A stretch of DNA of 64,000 bases from an uncultured Chthonomonadaceae bacterium. Lineage in GTDB: Bacteria > Armatimonadota > Chthonomonadetes > Chthonomonadales > Chthonomonadaceae. Numbering within the stretch: the first letter of the stretch is position 1; every line of letters starts with the position of its first letter. A program made the position numbers and the translations under genes. The stretch lies in contig CAWFQB010000014.1 of assembly GCA_963817895.1 (NCBI GenBank), positions 128,001-192,000 on the forward strand, written 5' to 3'. The notes below the pieces were generated by a model. It searched no databases. It was not told where the DNA came from and saw nothing but the letters and a program-made list of their open reading frames with translations. This document shows positions 9,458-17,870 of the stretch, one piece after another.

Positions 9458-10377
9458 AGGTTTTCAATAGGAGTGTATTAACAGTGTTCTCTTTACACAT
9501 GTCGCGCCAAGGTGTTAATCTTTGTATGTTGTCGGCGGTATTTGCCTGTGGCGGTTCTGCTGTCGCTCACGCGGATGCGCAGGCGCAGGATATACTCAAG
9601 AAGATGGCGGCGGTGTATGACGTAAGATCGTTTCAGGGAACGGTGACGCGGAATGAAACGGGTACGACGGACGAGAACAAGCCTTATACCTTGAGCAGTG
9701 TCGAGGAGATCACGTTCAGGCAGCCCAATCTGTATACTATCAAGAACTCCGGGCCGGGAGTGGGCGGAACGCAAATTGTGATGTGCAACGGCAAAGAGAC
9801 GATCAGTTACGCTTCCGCGCGGAATCAGTACGTTAAACAGCCGGTTCTTCCGGGCGCAGCCGTTAACCAGAATACGTCGCTGCTGTCGTTACTCGGTATA
9901 CGGTTCGACGCGCAAAGCGGCAGGTTAGTGGGTTCCACAACGATGGGCGGCAAAGCGGCGTATGTGGTGCAGGTTGTGCCGCCCTCTGCCGCTCTGCCGC
10001 TCAATGCGCCCGCAAAGGAAAAGGCGCAGTTGGAACAGTTGAAAAAGTTGCTGGTTCCCTCCGAACTGGTGATTGACAAAAAAGATTACCATCTGCTGAA
10101 AGTGACGCAAACGACGCCCGCCATGAAAATGATGAAAACGCTGGTAATCACGCAGCAAACGCTGAATCCCAATGTAGCGGACAGCGTGTTCGTGTTTACG
10201 CCGCCGTCGGGAGCGAAGCAGGGGACGCGGACAGCACAGGACGCGCGGGCATTAATGGCGGGCGGCGTCAATGGAAAACCCGGCGGTGCGGGGGCGCGCG
10301 TCAGCAGTGGGGGTGGCAGTCCGGTTCCCCCTCCCCACGCCAGCCCCGGCGGGAACGGAACCGCGCGCAAGCCATAA
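9454..10377 (+). CDS. Secreted LolA-like / DUF2092-type protein
   Basis: Signal peptide ending AHA, then ILKKMAAVY, FRQPN, CNGK, a C-terminal FVFTPPSGAK motif typical of the LolA fold, and a Gly/Pro tail. Confidence 0.65.
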   Translation: MKVFNRSVLTVFSLHMSRQGVNLCMLSAVFACGGSAVAHADAQAQDILKKMAAVYDVRSFQGTVTRNETGTTDENKPYTLSSVEEITFRQPNLYTIKNSGPGVGGTQIVMCNGKETISYASARNQYVKQPVLPGAAVNQNTSLLSLLGIRFDAQSGRLVGSTTMGGKAAYVVQVVPPSAALPLNAPAKEKAQLEQLKKLLVPSELVIDKKDYHLLKVTQTTPAMKMMKTLVITQQTLNPNVADSVFVFTPPSGAKQGTRTAQDARALMAGGVNGKPGGAGARVSSGGGSPVPPPHASPGGNGTARKP

Positions 10378-10441
10378 ATATGTATTTGGTGTTCGGTGTT
10401 CGGTATTCGGCATAAAGACGATACCTGAGATTGCGAGGAGT

Positions 10442-11095
10442 ATGGCTGCTGGTTCGAATGTGTTACGAATTTATATTGTTCGGCATGGCGTTACGGCGTG
10501 GAATCGCGAGATGCGGATGCAGGGTCATACCGATGTCGCGCTGCATGAGGATGGCAGGGCGCAGGCCGAGCAACTGGCAAAGCGGCTTACCACGTCCGCT
10601 TATCCCCCGGATACGATCTATTCCAGCGATTTGAGTCGGGCGCGGGACACAGCGGAAACGATTGCGCGTCCGATGAGTCTGACTGTGCAGACGAGCGAAG
10701 CGCTGCGGGAAACGTGTCTTGGCGAGTGGGAAGGGCTAACCCGCGAAGAGATTGAAGCGCGTGGCGATGCGGAATTGCTGGCGAACTACCTGCATGACTC
10801 ACACCGCTACCGCCCTCCCAACTCGGAAACACTGGAAGCCGTGTGGGAACGGATGAACGGCGTTCTGGACGCTATCCGCCGCGACCACAAAAGCGGGACT
10901 GTTGCCATTGTCGGGCATGGCGGCAGTTTACGCGCCCTGCTATGCGCCGCGCTGGATGCGCCTCTCAGTTCCATGCGTCATTTATGGCTGGACAACGCCT
11001 CTTTAAGTATCATCGAGGAGTCCGGCCCGCTCGAACAGCGTCACCGCCGCGTAATACTGGTGAATGACGTGAGTCACTTAGGGATTGGGGATTAG
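10442..11095 (+). CDS. Histidine phosphatase (phosphoglycerate mutase-like) family protein
   Basis: Motifs IVRHGVTAWN, QGHTD, YSSDLSRA, LRET.LGEWEG and VGHGG. GAGGAG RBS before ATG 10442. Confidence 0.92.
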   Translation: MAAGSNVLRIYIVRHGVTAWNREMRMQGHTDVALHEDGRAQAEQLAKRLTTSAYPPDTIYSSDLSRARDTAETIARPMSLTVQTSEALRETCLGEWEGLTREEIEARGDAELLANYLHDSHRYRPPNSETLEAVWERMNGVLDAIRRDHKSGTVAIVGHGGSLRALLCAALDAPLSSMRHLWLDNASLSIIEESGPLEQRHRRVILVNDVSHLGIGD

Positions 11096-11159
11096 GAAAA
11101 TACGTGTCTACTCTACTGTACATAGAGTGGAAATTTGGTTTCTAAAACTCTAAAACCAT

Positions 11160-11289
11160 TACCGTTCAAATAAGGCGTTTTTCACCTCGAAAGAAACCAT
11201 GTAGGGACACAACTTGTTGTGCCCTCCTCCGTCATGGCGCAATGCGGACACAACAAGTTGTGTCCCTACAAACGCTTATTTGAACGGTA
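11160..11289. mobile_element. MITE-like element containing a GTAG-type REP doublet
   Basis: Perfect 15-bp TIR TACCGTTCAAATAAG / CTTATTTGAACGGTA, where the outer TA may be the target duplication. Inside is an inverted pair TGTAGGGACACAACTTGTTGTGYCC at 11200-11224 and 11246-11270. Confidence 0.75.
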
Positions 11290-11313
11290 TTGACCCTAAA
11301 ACCCTAAATCCCT

Positions 11314-12453
11314 ATGATCTCCGCACTTTCCCCATTAACCTACTTCCGCCGTAACTTAGGCAAGACGATGCCGATGGCGTTTGTGATTGTGCTGTCGGTT
11401 GCGATGGTGGCAAGCGTTGTCACGATTATTCGCAGCATTGATCTGACCGTTTTCACTCTGTACGGCTATAATCGTTTTCTGACCGGGTTGACGCCCCGCA
11501 ACGCGCTGGTGATTGACGAGAAGCAGGTCGCTAAAGTCCGTAAACTGCCGGAGATGGGAGTAATGACGCCAACGCACTCGTATACGGTGATGGTGAAAAC
11601 CATTTTCGGCAAAATGCCGTTTCCGCTGTTCGGGCTGGAAGCATCGGGACGCAATCTGCTGCTGGAACGGTGCAATGTTCATATCGCGAAGGGACGGATG
11701 CCAAAAGATGGAGAGCCGGAAGCGGTAGTTTCGGATGATGTGGCGCGTAATCTTGGGCTGAAACTTGGGGATGTGATTTCCAAACCGGAATCCGAAGATG
11801 CGTATGCCCCGCAGCCGATAAAACTGGTCGGGCTGTTGCACGGGCCGGTGTGGATTGGATTGACGAACAAAGCCTTTGTGGACGCCAATTCGCCGTTTAC
11901 GTTTGTCGGCTACATGGCGTTCGCGCCGAGCGCGGATGAACAGGCGCAACGCCGGTTAGACAGCGCGATGGAAAAGGTTGTGGACAAGAAGCTGGCGCGA
12001 GTCTGGCGGTTTGCGGGACTTGTGCGCGAAACCCGCAGCGCGTTGTCCAATCTGTATCTGATTCTGAACATCGTCACTACATTGATCGTGTGCGCGGTTG
12101 CCTTTGTGTGCGCCCTGTTGTCCAACATCTATTTTACGCAACGCCTGCCGGAAATCGCAACCCTGTCGGCTATCGGGTATGGACGCGGGCAACTGTTGCG
12201 CCGCGCGTTTGGGGAAACAGTTCTGCTGTGCGCGTTCGGCTGGATGGTGGGCGGCATTGTGACGGTCGGGTTGCTGTACACGATTTTTCTGGTAGCACTG
12301 GAACCGAAGGGGCTGCTGCTGAACCCGGTAGACGCCATCGCGTTTTTGTTCACGCTGCCAATGCCGTTTGCGATTACGACGTTTGCGATTGTGACGATCT
12401 GGCGTCGCCTGTCCATGCTTGATCCGGTTTCGATTATCGAGCGGCGGGGGTAG
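11314..12453 (+). CDS. ABC transporter permease (FtsX/MacB-like)
   Basis: N-terminal TM segment, an extracytoplasmic domain with GRMP...EAVVS, the motif QRLPEIATLSAIGY, three C-terminal TM segments and DPVSIIE. Confidence 0.88.
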   Translation: MISALSPLTYFRRNLGKTMPMAFVIVLSVAMVASVVTIIRSIDLTVFTLYGYNRFLTGLTPRNALVIDEKQVAKVRKLPEMGVMTPTHSYTVMVKTIFGKMPFPLFGLEASGRNLLLERCNVHIAKGRMPKDGEPEAVVSDDVARNLGLKLGDVISKPESEDAYAPQPIKLVGLLHGPVWIGLTNKAFVDANSPFTFVGYMAFAPSADEQAQRRLDSAMEKVVDKKLARVWRFAGLVRETRSALSNLYLILNIVTTLIVCAVAFVCALLSNIYFTQRLPEIATLSAIGYGRGQLLRRAFGETVLLCAFGWMVGGIVTVGLLYTIFLVALEPKGLLLNPVDAIAFLFTLPMPFAITTFAIVTIWRRLSMLDPVSIIERRG

Positions 12454-12495
12454 AAAATTTTCGATTTTCGATTTGCGAATGGTGGAGGCGCGAGA

Positions 12496-13095
12496 ATGGT
12501 AGCACATGCCAAAACGCCGTTTGTAACGCTGGAAGAGTATTTCACGCGAGAAGATGCGGCGGAAACGAAAAGCGAATACTATGATGGGGAGATTGTGGCG
12601 ATGACGGGCGCGACGCCTGCGCATGTCCGAATCACTTCCACGCTGACACGCGCGCTTGGTAATCAATTAGAGGGGCAGCCCTGTGAAGCCTTTGACAGCG
12701 ATATGCGCGTGTATGTGGAAGAGTGTAACGTGTCGTTTTATCCTGATCAAACAGTGGTTTGTGATACGCCGAGGTTTTGGGACACGCCATTAGCGACGCT
12801 GCTCAATCCGATTTTGATTATCGAAGTGTTGTCTGCGTCTACGGAGCGGACGGATCGTGGCTATAAGTTCGACTGCTACCGTACCATACCTTCGCTGGCC
12901 GCTTATGTGATGATTTCGCAATGGGAGCCGCGCATTGAGGTATTTACCCGGCAGGAGGATGGTTCGTGGCGGTTCGATGTGGCAAGTGGGTTGGACGCTT
13001 CTATGCCGTTGCCTACCATTAACTGTGTGCTGCAACTGGCGGAAGTGTATGCGCGCGTGGTCTTTTCGCCGATTATCGCGAGTTCTGAGGCATAG
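12496..13095 (+). CDS. Uma2 (DUF820) family endonuclease-like protein
   Basis: Motifs KSEYYDGEIVAMTG...H, YPD..VVC, P.LIIEVLS.ST...DRG.KF..Y..IPSL..Y. Confidence 0.92.
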   Translation: MVAHAKTPFVTLEEYFTREDAAETKSEYYDGEIVAMTGATPAHVRITSTLTRALGNQLEGQPCEAFDSDMRVYVEECNVSFYPDQTVVCDTPRFWDTPLATLLNPILIIEVLSASTERTDRGYKFDCYRTIPSLAAYVMISQWEPRIEVFTRQEDGSWRFDVASGLDASMPLPTINCVLQLAEVYARVVFSPIIASSEA

Positions 13096-13108
13096 GAAAA
13101 GGGAGTAG

Positions 13109-13157
13109 TACCTCACCCCAACCCCTCTCCTTGCCGCGCAACGCGCCAGGAGAGGGG
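13109..13157. repeat. Intergenic palindromic repeat, family B
   Basis: TACCTCACCCCAACCCCTCTCCT-TGCCGCGCAACGCGCC-AGGAGAGGGG. Related copies at 37955-38005, 38100-38150, 47381-47490 and 50591-50680. Confidence 0.88.
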
Positions 13158-13282
13158 CTAATTTGTATCTGAGGTGTAGCAGACAAAATAGTCATTTTCA
13201 GGTGTTGGCCTGCTTGATGCTACTATGAAAAGGTTCATCGCAGCGAAAAATTGGGATTTGTTGCTGCGTTTTTATCTGCTTA

Positions 13283-13393
13283 GGGACTCTCAAGGATTAA
13301 ATTGTTCCACTTGGAGTCCGCGCAATAAATTGCGCGGCTGTGGTAACAAAGTCCGCCTGCGCGGACTGGAACGGTTATTTTGTTGAGAGTCCC
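13283..13393. mobile_element. 111-bp MITE with TTA target-site duplication (IS5-type)
   Basis: TIR GGGACTCTCAA / TTGAGAGTCCC, flanked by TTA at 13280-13282 and 13394-13396. Internal hairpins AGTCCGCGCAATAAATTGCGCGGCT and AGTCCGCCTGCGCGGACT. Confidence 0.8.
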
Positions 13394-15418
13394 TTAAAGT
13401 TTCGCTTGCGTGGTTTTAGCTGGCCTATGCGCTTTTATGACCCATATCTTTGCCTCGCCTTTACCGTTTCGCTGCCCACCCGTTGCGGCAAAGGCGCCAT
13501 CCGGTGAGATTGTTGCGGCGGCAACAGGGCCTTCGTGGGCGTCCAGAGTAACCGCGCCATCGCGCATATTATTGAGTATGGCTTGTCCTTCAGACAGTCC
13601 ATACATCATCGTGAAGGTATCGTAGTCTACTGCATGGCTGACTGTGTTTTCCGTGCCGGGGAATGTGATAATACTCAGGATAACGGAACCGCCCGTCTTC
13701 ATGTCTTCGATACTCCATGCGGTCATGGCAAGAACCTTTGGCTTACCATCTTTGGCTGCCTCATGCCCCCATGTGTAGAGCGTGTTCTGTTTATCAAAAT
13801 GCGTGACCGTGATTCCGTCGCTTACAGAGGTTTTTCTTGAAAATAGGGAGTGTTGGGTTTGCGTGTCCCATACCTTCAGCGTGGCATCGAGATACCCGGC
13901 GGCTACGCTTTTGCCGTCCGGCGAGATAGCCGCAGAAAGAAGTTGGTTGTCATAAGCGAATGTCATCATGCCCTGTCCGGTGGAAGCGTTCCACACCTTT
14001 ACCTTGCCGCTATTGTAGCCGGTCAGCAGATTTACCCCATCCGCAGAAATGTCCAGAGCGCAGACACCGCCTCCTTCTGAACCGGGCATGGTACGCAGTT
14101 GCTTGCCGCTAGTGGCGTCCCATGTATGAACAGTGCCGTCGCTATCTCCGGTGATGACGCGCTTGCCGTCGGGAGTAAACAGAGCGGTAGTGACAGCCGC
14201 CGTATTGCCCTTCAGCGCGCGCAGATTTTGCCCGGTAGTGACGTCCCAGACAATCGCGGTTCCGTCCGCGCTGCCTGTCACCAGTCGCTTGCTGTCCGGA
14301 GAGAAGGCGACCACATTCACAGGTTTTAAATGTCCTGTGAGAGTGCGGTCTCCACTCGTTTCTGCCGGTTTTGCGCATACGCGCAGGGCGGCGAGTGAGA
14401 GCAGGGCAAGCGCGAGCAGGGCTGAGACGGCCAGCCACGTCGTTTGCGCGCGGCGCGGTTTTACGGTATCCAGGATGTGTGTCATGCGTTCCTCCATTCC
14501 CCGGCATTGAGCCATAGCGGGGGCGATCTCGTTTGTACAAACTGTTCGCAGAATTTGCAGAAGGTGAGCCGCATAGTCCGGCCCGGTAATCCCCGAAAGC
14601 AGCACCCGGTCATCGCAGGCGCGTTCGCTTTCCAATCGCAGCCGACGGCGCAGCCACCACGCTCCAGGCTGAAACCAGCAGCAGGCGCAGGCAATCTCCG
14701 CGAACAGGTTCCATATCCAATCCCAGCGGGCGATATGCGCCTGTTCATGGCGCAGGGCGGTATCGCAAATCGCGGAATTGCCGGAGAAGAGGGTGGAAGG
14801 CAGAAGAATGACGCTCCTCCGAATTCCCCACGTTAGCGGCGTATTCAGTTTTTCACTGATTCGTATGGGTACGTTACCTAACATCGCTTGCCTGCTGTTG
14901 GCTTCAAGTTTACGCAGACGCGACAAAGCAACCATCAGGCGAATGAGGAGAACGGAGGCTCCCATTGCCCATACCGCGAACAGGAGAGATGTTGCCCTTC
15001 GCGTGTGTTCCCGGTCAGGGGCGGGAGTGAGAACAGTGGTATTGCGCGAGGCAGGGACGCTTTCGGTTGAAATAAGAGTGGCAGGCATGTTTCCGGGCTT
15101 CGGTTCTTGAAGCCTGTCTTGTTGCGAAGGCAATTCTGGTTTCGATGGCAAACTGGAAGGGTGGGGCATTTCCGGTTGTGGAACCGTCGCTTGTTCAGGG
15201 ATTGTCGCGATTTGCGAAGGCAGCAGGGGAATGGGCGGCAAGAGTCGCTGCGCGAACGGCAACACGAACAGACCGAACAGAGCCAGAACGCACATTAGAT
15301 GCCGGTAGGCTGCCGCGCTTCGACGAAACAGGCCGAGAATGAGCGCCATGAGCAGGCACAGAACCGCGCCGCGAGCGAGAAGCTCGACAACGAAAATTTC
15401 GGCTACATAGTTTTCCAC
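13394..15418 (-). CDS. BlaR1-type M56 peptidase with C-terminal WD40 sensor domain
   Basis: Motifs SAAAYRHL, PLTWG, LRHEQAHIAR (HExxH), WFQP..WW and ESERACDD, then a TM segment and WD40 repeats (GH..PVNVVAFSPD...TGSADGTAIVWD). The GTG start overlaps the blaI stop. Confidence 0.92.
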   Translation of the reverse strand: MENYVAEIFVVELLARGAVLCLLMALILGLFRRSAAAYRHLMCVLALFGLFVLPFAQRLLPPIPLLPSQIATIPEQATVPQPEMPHPSSLPSKPELPSQQDRLQEPKPGNMPATLISTESVPASRNTTVLTPAPDREHTRRATSLLFAVWAMGASVLLIRLMVALSRLRKLEANSRQAMLGNVPIRISEKLNTPLTWGIRRSVILLPSTLFSGNSAICDTALRHEQAHIARWDWIWNLFAEIACACCWFQPGAWWLRRRLRLESERACDDRVLLSGITGPDYAAHLLQILRTVCTNEIAPAMAQCRGMEERMTHILDTVKPRRAQTTWLAVSALLALALLSLAALRVCAKPAETSGDRTLTGHLKPVNVVAFSPDSKRLVTGSADGTAIVWDVTTGQNLRALKGNTAAVTTALFTPDGKRVITGDSDGTVHTWDATSGKQLRTMPGSEGGGVCALDISADGVNLLTGYNSGKVKVWNASTGQGMMTFAYDNQLLSAAISPDGKSVAAGYLDATLKVWDTQTQHSLFSRKTSVSDGITVTHFDKQNTLYTWGHEAAKDGKPKVLAMTAWSIEDMKTGGSVILSIITFPGTENTVSHAVDYDTFTMMYGLSEGQAILNNMRDGAVTLDAHEGPVAAATISPDGAFAATGGQRNGKGEAKIWVIKAHRPAKTTQAKL

Positions 15419-15804
15419 TACTCGCTTCCTTTCTGACGCGCTGCGGCAATCATTGCGGCGAGACGTTCCAAATCCTCTTCGCTTAATTTCCGCTCCTCAT
15501 CGTTAAGCAGGGTATTCACGATCTGTTCCGGGCGGCCTCCGAAAAAAGTCTCCATGAGTTTGTAAAGCGCTTCTCTCGCAACCGGGGTACGCGGCTTTGT
15601 CGGATGATATATGTACTTCGCGCCGTCCTGCGTATGGGTGACATGCCCCTTCTCCTCCAAAATCCGCAGGAATGTTCGGACAGCGGAGTAACCGGGCGGG
15701 TCGGACAGTTCGGCCAGAACCTCGTTGACGGAAGCGGGGCCAAGCCGGTATAGCGCTTCTAATATCTGCCGCTCACGACGGCCAAGTTTATCGGGGAAAT
15801 CCAT
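15418..15804 (-). CDS. BlaI/MecI/CopY family transcriptional repressor
   Basis: Motifs LGRRERQILEALY, YSAVRTFLRILEEKGHV and FFGG. Translationally coupled to the M56 gene. Confidence 0.95.
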   Translation of the reverse strand: MDFPDKLGRRERQILEALYRLGPASVNEVLAELSDPPGYSAVRTFLRILEEKGHVTHTQDGAKYIYHPTKPRTPVAREALYKLMETFFGGRPEQIVNTLLNDEERKLSEEDLERLAAMIAAARQKGSE

Positions 15805-15809
15805 AAGAG

Positions 15810-15864
15810 TGCTAATCCTTTAACAGTATGCTAACATATTAGCACATTAAAACGAGGGTGTCAA
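15810..15864 (-). promoter_or_regulatory. Sigma70-type promoter of the blaI-like operon with two operator palindromes
   Basis: On the minus strand TTGACA (15864-15859), 17 nt, TAATAT (15841-15836). TGCTAA-N4-TTAGCA at 15829-15844 overlaps the -10. A second copy TGCTAA-N4-TTAACA lies at 15810-15825. Confidence 0.75.
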
Positions 15865-15925
15865 GGCAAGAGGAAGATTCTGAGGAATATTTTGAGGAAT
15901 ATTGTTGTGTTTTCGTGAACGTTTC

Positions 15926-16681
15926 TTAGTGTTGCGCGGTCGGGGTTTGCGGCAAATGCCATATATAGCCATTCGGCGCGTGAACTGTACTGTCACTCAA
16001 ATACTTTGCGTGTCCGTCCAGCAATGCGTATATTCCTCCGTCGCTGTGGCGTCCCGGTTTCGGCAGGCTCTCCTGCCCGCCTGACATATTCCAAATAACT
16101 GCATCGCTTTCAAACAGGGTAATAACATTGTAGGGCTCATTGATACGCGAGAGCGATATACTGGAAAGATCGCGGTTCATGGCGTAACTGTAGGGTGATG
16201 TGGCTGTTGGGCAATGCCACACTTCATCTGCTGCAGGTTTCTTCACGTAAACAGCAGTTTGGGCAGCCCACTGCGGGGCGAGTGGCAGCGTCTCGTCATA
16301 ATCCTGCGAGTACATAATAACGCTCAGGGAAATTTGCTTGAGGTTGCTCATGCAGGAGGCCATAGGCGCTTTGCCCTGTGCCTGCGTAAAAACGCGCTCG
16401 AAAACAACGCCTGCCATTCCAATAAAGATGATGCCTGCGATGCCGGAGAAAAATGCGTTTATAGAGAGAGGGCGCAGATGGTATCTACGAAATGCGGCGA
16501 ATGTCAGCCACCACAACAGAAGATTTGGAGCAATAAGAAAAAACGAGACATCCCAAAACTCATAATTGTGTTTGAGGTTGAAGTAACTGTGCAAAATCAT
16601 CCATTGCAGGATGATTGTACCTGCCACACTGCTACTCATAATTAACAGGGTGATCGGAATCGAAAGTTTTGGGGGGCGCAT
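15926..16681 (-). CDS. Membrane protein with DUF1559-like / H-X9-DG C-terminal domain
   Basis: Three N-terminal TM segments, then CMSNLKQISLSVIMYSQDYDETLP, CP, SYAMN and RHSDGGIYALLDGHAK. Confidence 0.85.
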   Translation of the reverse strand: MRPPKLSIPITLLIMSSSVAGTIILQWMILHSYFNLKHNYEFWDVSFFLIAPNLLLWWLTFAAFRRYHLRPLSINAFFSGIAGIIFIGMAGVVFERVFTQAQGKAPMASCMSNLKQISLSVIMYSQDYDETLPLAPQWAAQTAVYVKKPAADEVWHCPTATSPYSYAMNRDLSSISLSRINEPYNVITLFESDAVIWNMSGGQESLPKPGRHSDGGIYALLDGHAKYLSDSTVHAPNGYIWHLPQTPTAQH

Positions 16682-16955
16682 TGTATTCTCCGCGTGTGTC
16701 TGCTGGCGTATATTCTGATTCGCTATAGGGTTGCATATTCCTGCAAACAGACTGCATTTTTGGCGTTGGTGAAATGCAGAGAGATTTGCGCGGTGGGGTA
16801 GATAGCGGCAGGAGAATCAAGGCGGTTTCCTGTCGGCGATGAAATAAGCGCAGGTTTGTGAACATACGGCATCGTTGGAACGTCATGCGCGTAGAAGTCA
16901 GCGGCGACCTGATTACAGGCGTCAAAGCTGAATACTCTCATGAAGGAGAAGTACG

Positions 16956-17618
16956 ATGATTAGCCATTGGAACCGGAAGATGATTACAAAGCAGATTGCC
17001 ACGCGAAGCCTGCGTATTGGGACGATACTGGGTTTGTGCGCGTGTTTGAGTGGCGGGGCGTGGGCGCAGGATAAGGACAAGGACAGTCCCGAAGTTGGTA
17101 AGAAAACAGCAAGCCCCTCCGTTGGCGGGACGGAAGTGAAAGCGGACCAGAAGTTCCTGATGATGGCCGCGCAGGGCAATATCGCCGAGATTCAGATGGC
17201 GAAACTGGCGATGCAAAAGACTCCAAACAACAATCAGGTTCAGAACTACGCGCAACGCATTATCGAAGATCATACGATAGCCAACAACAAAGTCATGCAG
17301 ATTGTTCAGAAGAAGGGGCTGACGATGCCCACAACGCCGCCTGCGGACGCGATGGCGATGATGAAAAAAATGAAGGGTATGTCGAGCGGCAAGTTCGCGA
17401 AAATGTACATACAGGATATGGTCAAGGATCATACCAAAGACATCATGGACTACTCCAATGAGGCCAAACACGGTTATGACGACGACATCAAGACGTATGC
17501 CGTAACCACTCTGCCGACCCTGCAAAGCCATCTGCAACTGGCGCAAACCCTGAATAATCCGACGGCTAAGACAAATATGAACGGCAACAAGTACAAGACC
17601 GTCAAGCCGAAGATGTAG
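16956..17618 (+). CDS. Secreted DUF4142-family (ferritin-like) protein
   Basis: Signal peptide ending AWA, then DQKFLMMAAQGNIAEIQMAKLA, YAQRIIEDH, YIQDMVKDH and TLPTLQSHLQLA. Confidence 0.88.
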   Translation: MISHWNRKMITKQIATRSLRIGTILGLCACLSGGAWAQDKDKDSPEVGKKTASPSVGGTEVKADQKFLMMAAQGNIAEIQMAKLAMQKTPNNNQVQNYAQRIIEDHTIANNKVMQIVQKKGLTMPTTPPADAMAMMKKMKGMSSGKFAKMYIQDMVKDHTKDIMDYSNEAKHGYDDDIKTYAVTTLPTLQSHLQLAQTLNNPTAKTNMNGNKYKTVKPKM

Positions 17619-17640
17619 TTGTGGCTGGTGAAGTCAACAA

Positions 17641-17676
17641 GCCCCTGTAATGCAGAACGCATTGCAGGGACTTTTT
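17641..17676 (+). terminator. Intrinsic terminator
   Basis: CCCTGTAATGC-AGAAC-GCATTGCAGGG followed by ACTTTTT, just after the DUF4142 gene. Confidence 0.75.
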
Positions 17677-17712
17677 ATTGTGATAGTCGAAGCGTTGAAT
17701 TGGAAGGCTGGC

Positions 17713-17869
17713 ACACCATCAAGATAGAATAGTTGGATACGTTGTAGGGGTTCTGCTTGCTGAACCCTCCTCATGCAAGACACAACGGTCCGCCATTTTG
17801 GGCGCAGCAGTCCGCTATTTTGGGCGCAGCAAGCAACGCCCCTACCTGACTGTTCTACCTTGACAGTGT
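17713..17869. mobile_element. Degenerate MITE-like element containing a GTAG REP doublet
   Basis: Imperfect 21-bp TIR (17/21) ACACCATCAAGATAGAATAGT / ACTGTTCTACCTTGACAGTGT. Inside: GTAGGGGTTCTGCTTGCTGAACCC ... GGGCGCAGCAAGCAACGCCCCTAC, with a 22-bp tandem duplication. Confidence 0.65.
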
Positions 17870-17870
17870 A

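Noticed and set aside
16690..16950. Riboswitch or ncRNA in the longer intergenic gaps (also 22590-22980 and 29070-29400)
   Set aside because: I could not recognise a conserved aptamer motif by eye. An Rfam/Infernal scan would be needed.
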